From the IMG/VR virus record IMGVR_UViG_3300042860_003997: DNA of 64,000 bases; one strand, given 5' to 3'. Shown here piece after piece: positions 9,851 through 19,001 of this stretch (position 1 is its first letter; each line of letters begins with the position of its first letter). Below the pieces are notes generated by a model. That model made no database searches, was not told the DNA's origin, and saw only the letters and a program-made list of their open reading frames with translations. A program made the position numbers and the translations under genes. Source of the stretch: an uncultured virus (IMG/VR IMGVR_UViG_3300042860_003997) (lineage: Duplodnaviria > Heunggongvirae > Uroviricota > Caudoviricetes).

Positions 9851-10251
9851 TTAAAGATTTAGATGGACACTCTCATAACTGGTTATTAACCGGGAATATG
9901 GCTAAGGGTAAGATTACTAATAGATCATCTCATCATTTACGAGCTAGAAGTATTATTACCGAATTATTTCCTACTTTACAGATTTTAGAAGAAGTACCAA
10001 TACCTTTACGAAAAAGCGAAACTCTATATTTAGATTTTTATCTACCACTAAAAAAGATATGTTGCGAAGTACATGGAGAGCAACATTATAAATTTATTCC
10101 ATTTTATCATAATAATGTGCTGAACTTTTTAAAATCTCAAAAAAGAGATAAAGAAAAACAAGAATGGTGCGAAAGTAATAATATTAAATATATTGTCCTA
10201 GCATATAATGAATCAGAAACAGAGTGGAGTGAAAGAATATCAAATGCTTAA
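9844..10251 (+). CDS. Vsr/DUF559-like PD-(D/E)xK endonuclease
   Basis: EE...LDFYLP...EVHGEQH motif. Confidence 0.7.
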   Translation: MLVKDLDGHSHNWLLTGNMAKGKITNRSSHHLRARSIITELFPTLQILEEVPIPLRKSETLYLDFYLPLKKICCEVHGEQHYKFIPFYHNNVLNFLKSQKRDKEKQEWCESNNIKYIVLAYNESETEWSERISNA

Positions 10252-10735
10252 AACATCAAAAGAAGAAGTAAAATATTGGGATGATATATTAGACGAATAT
10301 GAAACATCTATTGGATTAGGAAAATATTCAGAAGTCCACAATTTTACTGATGGTGAACTTAATATTTATTTTACTATGAATAGAGATGCTATTGAAAAAC
10401 TTAGTCCAGAAGATTGTGCTCAAATAGCAGCGAGATTAGCCCAATATGCTTTCTTTTTACAACGAACACTAAATAGAGAAATTGCCCGATTTAATTGGGC
10501 AGAAGAAAATATTAAAGAAACTATAGCTGATGAGATTAATAATTATAAGGGCTATGGTTATGTAGAAAAATCATTACAAGCTATTAAGCATAATGACAAG
10601 GCTAGTACATTGAGCAAGATTAAAAGATATGCCCAGCAGAGAATGGATAGACTATCATATCTAGCTAACAGCGTTAAAAATCTATCTGATATTATGTTAT
10701 CTGTACAAAGAACAAAGGTGAAACATGGCTCTTGA
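10244..10735 (+). CDS. Helical hypothetical protein, possibly a UvsY-like recombination mediator
   Basis: Coiled-coil character and position near the RecA-like gene; function is a guess. Confidence 0.45.
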   Translation: MLKTSKEEVKYWDDILDEYETSIGLGKYSEVHNFTDGELNIYFTMNRDAIEKLSPEDCAQIAARLAQYAFFLQRTLNREIARFNWAEENIKETIADEINNYKGYGYVEKSLQAIKHNDKASTLSKIKRYAQQRMDRLSYLANSVKNLSDIMLSVQRTKVKHGS

Positions 10736-11105
10736 TAAAGATGATATTAAAGCTTTAATAGCTATTCTACAAAAGGGTTTAGTAGACGAGGATGAATCTG
10801 ATAATGATATAGAAGAACCTGTGCATATTAAACCAGTCAAGAAAAAGACATCAGTACCAACAACTAAACCTAAAAAGAAAAAAGCTATCAATAAGTTTGA
10901 TAAGATGGCTGAGTTTAGTATGTGTAAGGAAGATACTGAAATAGATAAAAAAATTAAGAAACCACCACCTTCTATCAGAAATAGGCCATTTGACTTTATA
11001 AAAGTCCAGTGCAGAGTATGTGGAAAAAAAGAAAAAGTTGCACCCATGCTCGTCGAGAGTACTGAAAGATATAAGTGTAACAAGTGTTCAACAGGAGCAG
11101 GCTGA
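10725..11105 (+). CDS. Hypothetical protein with C-terminal zinc ribbon
   Basis: CRVC...CNKC. Confidence 0.6.
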   Translation: MALDKDDIKALIAILQKGLVDEDESDNDIEEPVHIKPVKKKTSVPTTKPKKKKAINKFDKMAEFSMCKEDTEIDKKIKKPPPSIRNRPFDFIKVQCRVCGKKEKVAPMLVESTERYKCNKCSTGAG

Positions 11106-12559
11106 TGATTTTGTGTGATCCGGCAGCAGAACGTGCCATTTTGGCTGGTATTTGTACATATGGTGAGGACGCATATTTAGATATTGCAGATATTTTACAA
11201 GAATCTTCTTTTACAGTTGATAGTAATACTATTATCTTTAAATGTCTTAAGCATATTTGTGAAAGTCATCAAAAGTCAATAGATATTGCTTCTATTTATT
11301 CTGTAGCACAAGACTTGGGTGTTTCTCATATTCTTTCCAAAAAAGAAGAAACTCAACATCTTAAGGCTATTATGGATTTTCCTGTTAGTCTAGATAATGT
11401 TCGTAAGTTTGCTGCTAAAATTAGAAAACTAGAAATTGCTAGACTTTTAAGAAAGCAACTAGAATTAACCCAGGATAAAATATTAGAAGTTACTGGATCA
11501 GAACCAATCTCGTCAATTATTGGACTGGCCGAAGATAGTATATTCAATTTCACTAGTCTGCTCAATGATACTGATAGTGGTCCAGAAATTATGGGATCCA
11601 CTATTGATGACTATGTAAAAAATCTAGAAGAAAATAAAGTAGATCAAGTAGGCATACCAACAGGATTTCCTATATATGATCAGGCTATAGGTGGTGGATT
11701 AAGAAAAGGTACCATTAATGTTATTGGTGCCAGACCCAAAACAGGTAAAACTTTATTATCTGATAATATGGGAAGAAATATAGCCAAGCTAGGTATTCCT
11801 GTTTTAAATATGGATACAGAAATGAATAAGGAAGATCATATCAATCGTATTCTTGGTATGATTACAGAAATAGAGATTAACACAATAGAAACAGGGCGTT
11901 TTGCTGACTCGCCAGACAAAAAGAATAAGATCTTAAAAGCAGCAGAAGAACTCAAATCAATGAAGTTGTATCATAAGAGTATTGCTGGTAAACCATTTGA
12001 AGATCAATTAGCAATTATGAGACGTTGGTTAGTTAAGGATGTCGGATTAAATGATGATGGTACAGCAAAAGATTGTGTGATTTTTTATGATTATTTAAAG
12101 CTTATGGATAGCGCTGGCATTAGTCAAGACTTAAAAGAATATCAAGTTTTAGGTTTTATGATGACCAGTTTGCATAATTTTGCTGTTAGGTATAAAGTGC
12201 CAATAATAGCATTTATTCAATTAAACAGAGATGGTATCACAAAAGAGAGTACAGACTCTGCCAGTGGTTCGGATAGAATTATTTGGCTATGTAGTAATTT
12301 TAGTATCTTTAAAAGAAAGAGTGATGAAGAAATGGCCGAAGATGGTCCTGATGGTGGCAACAGAAAACTTATTCCACTAATCAGTAGACACGGCGGCGGT
12401 TTGGATGATAATGACTATATTAATTGTCATATGAAAGGCTGGTGTGCTAAAATTACAGAAGGTAAAACACATTTAGAAATCAAACACAATACAAAATCTA
12501 CCGAAGAAGGCTTTATAATAGATGAAGACGATGACGAAAACCAAATCCCATTTGAATGA
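11105..12559 (+). CDS. dnaB: Replicative DNA helicase (DnaB family)
   Basis: AERAILAG N-domain, GIPTGF, GARPKTGKT, EM, DYLKLM and QLNR motifs. Confidence 0.92.
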   Translation: MILCDPAAERAILAGICTYGEDAYLDIADILQESSFTVDSNTIIFKCLKHICESHQKSIDIASIYSVAQDLGVSHILSKKEETQHLKAIMDFPVSLDNVRKFAAKIRKLEIARLLRKQLELTQDKILEVTGSEPISSIIGLAEDSIFNFTSLLNDTDSGPEIMGSTIDDYVKNLEENKVDQVGIPTGFPIYDQAIGGGLRKGTINVIGARPKTGKTLLSDNMGRNIAKLGIPVLNMDTEMNKEDHINRILGMITEIEINTIETGRFADSPDKKNKILKAAEELKSMKLYHKSIAGKPFEDQLAIMRRWLVKDVGLNDDGTAKDCVIFYDYLKLMDSAGISQDLKEYQVLGFMMTSLHNFAVRYKVPIIAFIQLNRDGITKESTDSASGSDRIIWLCSNFSIFKRKSDEEMAEDGPDGGNRKLIPLISRHGGGLDDNDYINCHMKGWCAKITEGKTHLEIKHNTKSTEEGFIIDEDDDENQIPFE

Positions 12560-13682
12560 TCAGTTAAAACTTAAAATTATTTGTGACGAAGTATGCGATA
12601 ATATCGAGTCGTTGTTGGATGGTTTTGGTATTGATGACTACAAAACACATTCAAAGATGATAGTGATGTCGTGTCCCATACATGGTGGAGATAATATCTC
12701 AGCATTAAATCTCTATCCAGAAGGAGATACATACAGAGGTAACTGGAAATGTAGAACTCACAATTGTGAGAAAACATTTAAAGGTTCTATCATTGGTTTG
12801 ATTCGCGGCATTATATCTAACCAAAAATATGGTTGGAGTAAAGCTGGTGATGATATGTGCTCATTTAATGAGGCGGTAGAATATGCCTTAGCTTTCATTA
12901 AAAAAGATTTGAGCAATATCAAAATTTCCAAAACAGAACGAGAAAAGAAGCAGTTCACTAATGTTGTTAATTATCTAAATAAAGAACCACAAAAAACCAC
13001 GTCACACATTACTAGAGCACAAATTGTTAAATCACTAATTATTCCAGCACAATATTATTTATCTAGAAATTATTCTAAAGAAGTATTGTCTAAATATGAT
13101 GTAGGATTATGTGATAAATCTGGAAAAGAAATGAGTGACAGAGTTGTTGTACCCATATATGATAATGATTATAAATATATGGTAGGATGTACTGGTCGTA
13201 GTATTTATGAAAAATGTACTAGTTGCAAGGGTTATCATAATCCAGAACATCAATGTCCTTCTGTAAATGATGTTTGGAAATTCCCCAAATGGAAACATAA
13301 TGCAGATTTTAAGAGCCAAAGTCATTTGTACAATTTCTGGTTCGCCAAAGACTTTATTTTAAAGAGTCATACTGCTATTATAGTAGAAAGTCCAGGTAAT
13401 GTTTGGAGATTAGAAGAAAACGGAATACATAATAGCGTAGCAATTTTTGGCTCGTCTTTAAGTGATAGACAAAAGATTTTATTGGATTCTTCTGGTGCTA
13501 TGAACTTAGTCGTACTAACAGATAATGATGAGGCTGGACATAAAGCTGCTGCACAAATTAAACAAAAGTGTCAAAATACTTATAGAGTTTTTATACCAAA
13601 AATTACCAAGTCAGATGTTGGCGAAATGTCTAAAGAAGAAATTCAAACAGAAATTACTAATTATTTAGAAAGTATCAAATGA
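12522..13682 (+). CDS. dnaG: DNA primase (DnaG-like: CHC2 zinc finger plus TOPRIM)
   Basis: CPIH...C...C zinc finger, RVVVPI, IIVES, TDNDEAG. Confidence 0.85.
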   Translation: MKTMTKTKSHLNDQLKLKIICDEVCDNIESLLDGFGIDDYKTHSKMIVMSCPIHGGDNISALNLYPEGDTYRGNWKCRTHNCEKTFKGSIIGLIRGIISNQKYGWSKAGDDMCSFNEAVEYALAFIKKDLSNIKISKTEREKKQFTNVVNYLNKEPQKTTSHITRAQIVKSLIIPAQYYLSRNYSKEVLSKYDVGLCDKSGKEMSDRVVVPIYDNDYKYMVGCTGRSIYEKCTSCKGYHNPEHQCPSVNDVWKFPKWKHNADFKSQSHLYNFWFAKDFILKSHTAIIVESPGNVWRLEENGIHNSVAIFGSSLSDRQKILLDSSGAMNLVVLTDNDEAGHKAAAQIKQKCQNTYRVFIPKITKSDVGEMSKEEIQTEITNYLESIK

Positions 13683-14275
13683 CTAAAATCATAGCTTTTG
13701 CTGGTCGCAAACAGTCTGGCAAGACCACATGTTCAGAAGCCGTATTAAAATACGGTAATGACACATTGTATCCTTATAATAATTCCAAGATATATAATTT
13801 TGCTGATCCTCTTAAAAAAGATATATGTATTAATATTTTAGGTATGAGTTATGATCAGTGTTATGGTTCTGATGAACAAAAAAATGAATTAGTAAACTGC
13901 CATTGGAATAATAAGCAGATGACAGCAAGGGAAGTAATGCAATTTGTTGGAACAAATATTTTCCGACAGATGCAGAATAATGTGTGGGCCGATGCGACCA
14001 TTCATAAAATTCAACTAGAACAACCAGATCTAGCCATTATAGCGGATTGTAGATTTCCTAATGAGGTTAAGGCTATTAAAGATGCTGGTGGTATTATTAT
14101 CAAGCTTATGCGAAATCCATTCAATTCTGATCATGAAAGTGAAGTTGCTTTAGATCCTGATCAATATAATTATAATAATTTTGATTTAGTAGTAGACAAT
14201 ACCACTATCTCTATAGAAGAACAAAATAAAGCTATTATTGAATTTTTACAAACTAAGGGGGTGTTACCATTATAA
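13679..14275 (+). CDS. Deoxynucleoside monophosphate kinase
   Basis: AGRKQSGKTT, FADPLK, REVMQFVGT, DCRFPNE, HESE. Confidence 0.85.
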   Translation: MTKIIAFAGRKQSGKTTCSEAVLKYGNDTLYPYNNSKIYNFADPLKKDICINILGMSYDQCYGSDEQKNELVNCHWNNKQMTAREVMQFVGTNIFRQMQNNVWADATIHKIQLEQPDLAIIADCRFPNEVKAIKDAGGIIIKLMRNPFNSDHESEVALDPDQYNYNNFDLVVDNTTISIEEQNKAIIEFLQTKGVLPL

Positions 14276-15312
14276 TTACATATTTACGCAGTAGTTCTTA
14301 TGGTACGCACTCTATGTGCGAACAACAATATTTTTTAGAGTATGTACTAGGCATACGTTCACCGTCTAATAAAAAAGCTGACAAAGGAACTATCTGTCAT
14401 AAAGTATTAGAAATATTAGCCTATATCCAATTAGGACATCAAAATAAAGATAAGACCTATATTGATGACATTGTGGGCGAAGTTGATCTGAAAAAGTACA
14501 ATCTTGATCATATTACTGAACAGGTTTACGCCTATTATACATCTCAGTTTAAACACCACGAATGGCAACCAAAAGATTTAAAAGACTGTCGGCTATGGGT
14601 CAATAAAGCGATCACAGACCACAATGCCAACTTTGATCCTAGAAACCGAACCATCCTACAACCAGAACAACACTTTGATATTCTGATTGATAAACCTTGG
14701 GCAGAATATAAGTATATGGCCAAAGAGGGATTGTTAGAGGGTAAATTGGCTATTAAAGGAACAATTGATTTAATTACTAAAGTGAATGATGAGACGATAG
14801 AGATTATAGACTGGAAAACTGGTAGACGATTAGATTGGGCTACAGGCGAAGAAAAAACGCTAAGTAAGCTGCAAAACGATCCTCAATTAAGAATATATCA
14901 TTATGCTGTCAGTGCGTTGTATCCTAATATGGAACATATTATTTTTACGATTAATTTTATTAATGATGGCGGAGCATTTAGCATATGTTATGACAAATCT
15001 GATCTGCCTAAAACAGAAGATATGATTCGTCGTAAATTTGAAACAATTAAAAATACTAAGGTTCCAAGGTTGAGTAAAACATGGAAATGTAATAAGTTAT
15101 GTCATTTTGGCAAAACAACATTTGAAAATAGTCACATTTTGCCAATATTAGAATATAGAGACGGCCAACTGTGTTCCAAAGATACATATATGACCAAGTG
15201 TGAACAAATTAAACATGATATTGAGTTAAAAGGTATGAATGCTGTAGTTGACGAATATACTATGCCAAATTTTACAATTGGTAAATACAAAGCACCGGGT
15301 ACTACAGAATGA
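14269..15312 (+). CDS. PD-(D/E)xK exonuclease, Cas4/RecB-like with probable Fe-S cluster; start uncertain (ATT 14269 or ATG 14314)
   Basis: SSS...C-x3-Y, GT-x-x-H, KGTIDL, IIDWKTG, QLRIY and C-terminal Cys cluster. Confidence 0.8.
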   Translation: MIITYLRSSSYGTHSMCEQQYFLEYVLGIRSPSNKKADKGTICHKVLEILAYIQLGHQNKDKTYIDDIVGEVDLKKYNLDHITEQVYAYYTSQFKHHEWQPKDLKDCRLWVNKAITDHNANFDPRNRTILQPEQHFDILIDKPWAEYKYMAKEGLLEGKLAIKGTIDLITKVNDETIEIIDWKTGRRLDWATGEEKTLSKLQNDPQLRIYHYAVSALYPNMEHIIFTINFINDGGAFSICYDKSDLPKTEDMIRRKFETIKNTKVPRLSKTWKCNKLCHFGKTTFENSHILPILEYRDGQLCSKDTYMTKCEQIKHDIELKGMNAVVDEYTMPNFTIGKYKAPGTTE

Positions 15313-15318
15313 TTTATA

Positions 15319-15561
15319 TTGGATTCAAATATAGATGCAAAATATTTATATGATATGTATCTTAGACAAGATGGAAAATGCGCTATAACCGGAATGCCAA
15401 TAGACTTGACAACTGATGCATCTGTGGATAGAATTGATAGTATGAAGGGCTATACAAAAGACAATATTTGGTGGGTAAAAAAGGAAATAAACTTAATGAA
15501 GAATAATTTATCATTGGAAGAATTTATTTTATTGTGTAAGATGGTTGCTGATAAGATATGA
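15319..15561 (+). CDS. Truncated HNH-type endonuclease (nuclease domain only), possibly a remnant
   Basis: QDGKCAITG...SVDRIDSMKGYTKDNI..V...N.MK; paralogous to the C-terminal half of 17451-18134. Confidence 0.65.
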   Translation: MDSNIDAKYLYDMYLRQDGKCAITGMPIDLTTDASVDRIDSMKGYTKDNIWWVKKEINLMKNNLSLEEFILLCKMVADKI

Positions 15562-17432
15562 ATTACATTCCTCTCCACTGTCATTCAATGCTTAGTTTAT
15601 TGGATGGACTATCTAAACCAGAACAAATTGCAGAAAGATGCAAAGAAATTAACGCATCTGCTTGTGCTCTTACAGATCATGGTAATATTGCCGGTGCTGT
15701 AAAGTTTTATTCTGCAATGAAATCTGCTGGAATTAAACCAATTTTAGGTTGTGAATTATATATCTGTAAAGATGATCCTAAAATTCAAGAAAAAACCAAT
15801 AGAGAATTATCACATTTTATTATTTTAGCAAAAAACTATAAGGGCTGGCTTGATCTCATTAAAATAGTATCCGAATCAAATAAGCCAGAACATTATTATC
15901 ATAAACCAAGGCTCGATTTAGCAACTGTCTCATCTATGAACAGTGGCAATCTGTGTGCTATTACTGGTCATTTAGGATCAACATTAGCAGATACTATTCT
16001 GGATAATTATGAACTTAAAGAGAACTGGAAAGAACTTGGAATAGAGCATATACAATACTTAAAGAAAATATTTAATAATCATGTCTTTTTAGAAGCACAA
16101 CTGATAGATAATGAAAACCTTCCAGTACAAACACGTTTAACTAATGCGATTCGTATCTTAGGCAAAGAGACAGATACTTTGGTTATTTGTACTCCAGACG
16201 CTCATTATTGTCGTAAAGAAGATGCTGTAGACCAACGCATATTACTATGTAATAATTTAAAAACAACCTTTCCTGATATTAGTAGAAAAATTTCTAATAA
16301 TGAAGAAGTACCATTGTCTACATTCTTTATTTCAGAAAATTATCACATCCCATCTCAAGAAGAAATGAAGATGTTACATACTAATGAGGAAATTCAAAAT
16401 ACCAATTTTGTAGCAAATTTAATTGAAGAATATGACATTTTGAGCAAGCCGAAATTACCCAGTTTTCCATGTCCAGACAAGTTTGATCAAGATGAATTTT
16501 TAAGAGAACTATGTCGTAATGGATGGAAAGCTAAAATTGCAAATATTATACCTAAAGAAGAACAACAACAATATTTAGATCGTATTAAATATGAACTAGA
16601 CGTTTTACAGGGCGCTGGGTTAAGTAGTTACTTTCTTATAGTGCAAGATATATTGAATTATGTAAGACAAAATAAATGGCTTCCTGGGCCGGGAAGAGGG
16701 TCTGCTGCCGGATGTCTAGTATCTTATCTTATTGGTATTACCAGTATTGATCCTATAAGATATAATTTGATTTTTGACAGATTTTATAATTCTGGTCGAA
16801 ATACAAAAGATCGTATTAGTATGCCGGATATTGATGTGGACGTACCAATTAATAAACGAGAAGAGATTATTGAATATATCAAGAATAAATATGGACATAA
16901 TAAAGTATCACAAATGGTAACCTTTAATACTATTAAGGGTAGAGGTGCTTTAAAAGATGTCTTAAGAGTATATGGGAACATAAGTTTTGATGAAATGAAT
17001 AGAATTACCAAAAATATTCCAGATGAAGCAAAGATTGCGGACGAATTACAGGAAATGAAAGAAGAAACTGGAGAAGCATCAATTATTCGATGGGCTTTAG
17101 AAAACAACAAAGAAAAGCTTAAAGAGTGGTGCTATATTGACGATAATGGAGAACTACAGGGTCCGTTGGCAAAAAGGTTTGAACAGGCTATAAGACTAGA
17201 AGGCACCAAATCCAATCAGTCAAAACATGCGGCTGGAATAGCGATTAGTTCAGAACCGTTAAATGAATTATGTCCAATGGTTTATGATAGTAAAAACGAT
17301 CAACTAATTGCTGGCATGGAAATGCAAGATCTTGAAAGTTTAGGAATAATAAAGTTTGATATTTTAGGAATTGCATATTTAGATAAAGTTATGTGTATTC
17401 AAGATTTACTTGCTAATGGTGTACAGTTATAA
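15558..17432 (+). CDS. dnaE: DNA polymerase III alpha, N-terminal part (PHP plus palm/thumb)
   Basis: LHCHS..SLLDG, TDHG, GPGRGSAAG, PDIDVD, HAAG, KFDILG. Confidence 0.92.
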   Translation: MNYIPLHCHSMLSLLDGLSKPEQIAERCKEINASACALTDHGNIAGAVKFYSAMKSAGIKPILGCELYICKDDPKIQEKTNRELSHFIILAKNYKGWLDLIKIVSESNKPEHYYHKPRLDLATVSSMNSGNLCAITGHLGSTLADTILDNYELKENWKELGIEHIQYLKKIFNNHVFLEAQLIDNENLPVQTRLTNAIRILGKETDTLVICTPDAHYCRKEDAVDQRILLCNNLKTTFPDISRKISNNEEVPLSTFFISENYHIPSQEEMKMLHTNEEIQNTNFVANLIEEYDILSKPKLPSFPCPDKFDQDEFLRELCRNGWKAKIANIIPKEEQQQYLDRIKYELDVLQGAGLSSYFLIVQDILNYVRQNKWLPGPGRGSAAGCLVSYLIGITSIDPIRYNLIFDRFYNSGRNTKDRISMPDIDVDVPINKREEIIEYIKNKYGHNKVSQMVTFNTIKGRGALKDVLRVYGNISFDEMNRITKNIPDEAKIADELQEMKEETGEASIIRWALENNKEKLKEWCYIDDNGELQGPLAKRFEQAIRLEGTKSNQSKHAAGIAISSEPLNELCPMVYDSKNDQLIAGMEMQDLESLGIIKFDILGIAYLDKVMCIQDLLANGVQL

Positions 17433-17450
17433 TATCAATTTTAACTTATT

Positions 17451-18134
17451 ATGAAAATTTCTAAAACCAGGCTTAAAAAACTAATGGCTAATCATAGCCA
17501 AAAAGAAATAGCAAATATTTATGGGTGTTCTGATTCATATATTAGTCAACAAATAAAAATATTTGGATTAAAAGAAAATAATACTACTAAACATATAGGT
17601 AAAAAATATGGACAAATCACTATATTAAAATATTTAGGTAAAGATAAGCATAGCCATAGTATTTATAATTGTGTGTGTAACTGTGGTACAAATTTTAATG
17701 TATTGTTAAATTCTATTAAAAGCGGTAATACAAAAACCTGTGGCTGCCAATCTAGAAAAAGAGGAAAAGATCATGCATTATATGCTGGTTACGAAGAAAT
17801 TAGAGCAGAATATTGGTCTAGGGTCTTAAGGGGAGCAAAAAATCGTAAAATTCCATTAGATATAACTATTGAACAAGCATGGCAAGTATTTTTACAACAA
17901 GATAGAAAATGTGCTTTAACAGGACTACCTATTCACTTTCCAATGACTAGAAAAACATCAAAATATAGCACAGCATCTTTAGATAGAATAGACTCGTCAC
18001 AGGGCTACACACAAGATAATATACAATGGATTCATAAAAAATTACAACCAATGAAAATGAATATGAGTCAAATAGAATTTTTAGACTGGTGCGAAAAAAT
18101 TTATAAATATAATAAAACAAGGAGTAACCAATGA
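17451..18134 (+). CDS. Free-standing HNH homing endonuclease with N-terminal HTH/DNA-binding modules
   Basis: SQKEIANIYG HTH; GKKYGQ...CVCNCG...SGNTKTCGC; SLDRIDSSQGY..DNIQW. Confidence 0.8.
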   Translation: MKISKTRLKKLMANHSQKEIANIYGCSDSYISQQIKIFGLKENNTTKHIGKKYGQITILKYLGKDKHSHSIYNCVCNCGTNFNVLLNSIKSGNTKTCGCQSRKRGKDHALYAGYEEIRAEYWSRVLRGAKNRKIPLDITIEQAWQVFLQQDRKCALTGLPIHFPMTRKTSKYSTASLDRIDSSQGYTQDNIQWIHKKLQPMKMNMSQIEFLDWCEKIYKYNKTRSNQ

Positions 18135-18319
18135 TAAATAAGCAGTTTAAAGACCTAAATGATGGTGAAATTTTTACATATAATAATATAGAATATAAAA
18201 AGATCGCAGCAGTTAAAGTTAGTTGTTGCAGATCTATTAATGCAGAAGAAACTCAAAATTCTAATGCTAAACTATTTATTCAACCCACAATAGAAGTTCA
18301 AGTTAATGATCAACTATAA
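18131..18319 (+). CDS. Small hypothetical protein
   Basis: GGAG SD; overlaps neighbouring genes. Confidence 0.55.
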   Translation: MINKQFKDLNDGEIFTYNNIEYKKIAAVKVSCCRSINAEETQNSNAKLFIQPTIEVQVNDQL

Positions 18320-19001
18320 TAAAATTTGCGTTTTTGATTTTGAGACAGATGGATCTGATCCCGCTCATTGTAGTCCGGTGCAGATCGCGGCTATTATGAT
18401 TGATCCTATTAATTTAGAGATTATTGATGGATCAGAATTTAATATTAATTTTAAGCCCGAAGTACTAGAAAATAATGATAACTATAAATACGAAACAGAT
18501 ATTTTAGATTTTCATGCTAAAGTTAAGGGGTGTGGAACAGACGATGTTTTACAAGCATGGTATAAGTATCCTAAGCAAGAACATTCTTGGAATATGTTTG
18601 TCAATTATTTAGATAAATATCATTCAAGAACTTCTAAAAAAAGCCAATTTTCCGCACCTATCGCTGCCGGATACAATATTCATAGATTTGACTTGCATAT
18701 CATTAACAGACTTAGTCAGAAATATGGCAATCTTAATAAGGAAAAAAGAACCGATCTCTTTTATCCCAGAGATACTGTTGATGCTATGCAATTAATGTTT
18801 TATTGGTTTGAACACAATAATGAACTTAAAAGTTATACATTAGATAGTGTGAGAGATTATTTTGGAATATCAAAGGCTGGCGCTCATGATGCACTAAAGG
18901 ACGTTAAAGATACTGCGGAAATTGTAGTAAGATTTTTAAAGTTGCATCGTAATCTAAGCCAAAAAATTAAATTTAAGGATTCATTTACTAATAATGGCTA
19001 A
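18306..19001 (+). CDS. DEDDh 3'-5' exonuclease (DnaQ/epsilon-like)
   Basis: FDFETDG, GYNIHRFD, HDALKD. Confidence 0.85.
   Translation: MINYNKICVFDFETDGSDPAHCSPVQIAAIMIDPINLEIIDGSEFNINFKPEVLENNDNYKYETDILDFHAKVKGCGTDDVLQAWYKYPKQEHSWNMFVNYLDKYHSRTSKKSQFSAPIAAGYNIHRFDLHIINRLSQKYGNLNKEKRTDLFYPRDTVDAMQLMFYWFEHNNELKSYTLDSVRDYFGISKAGAHDALKDVKDTAEIVVRFLKLHRNLSQKIKFKDSFTNNG

Noticed and set aside
14269..15312. Cas4-like gene as part of a CRISPR-Cas system
   Set aside because: No repeat-spacer array or other cas genes seen; solo Cas4-like nucleases are common in phage replication modules
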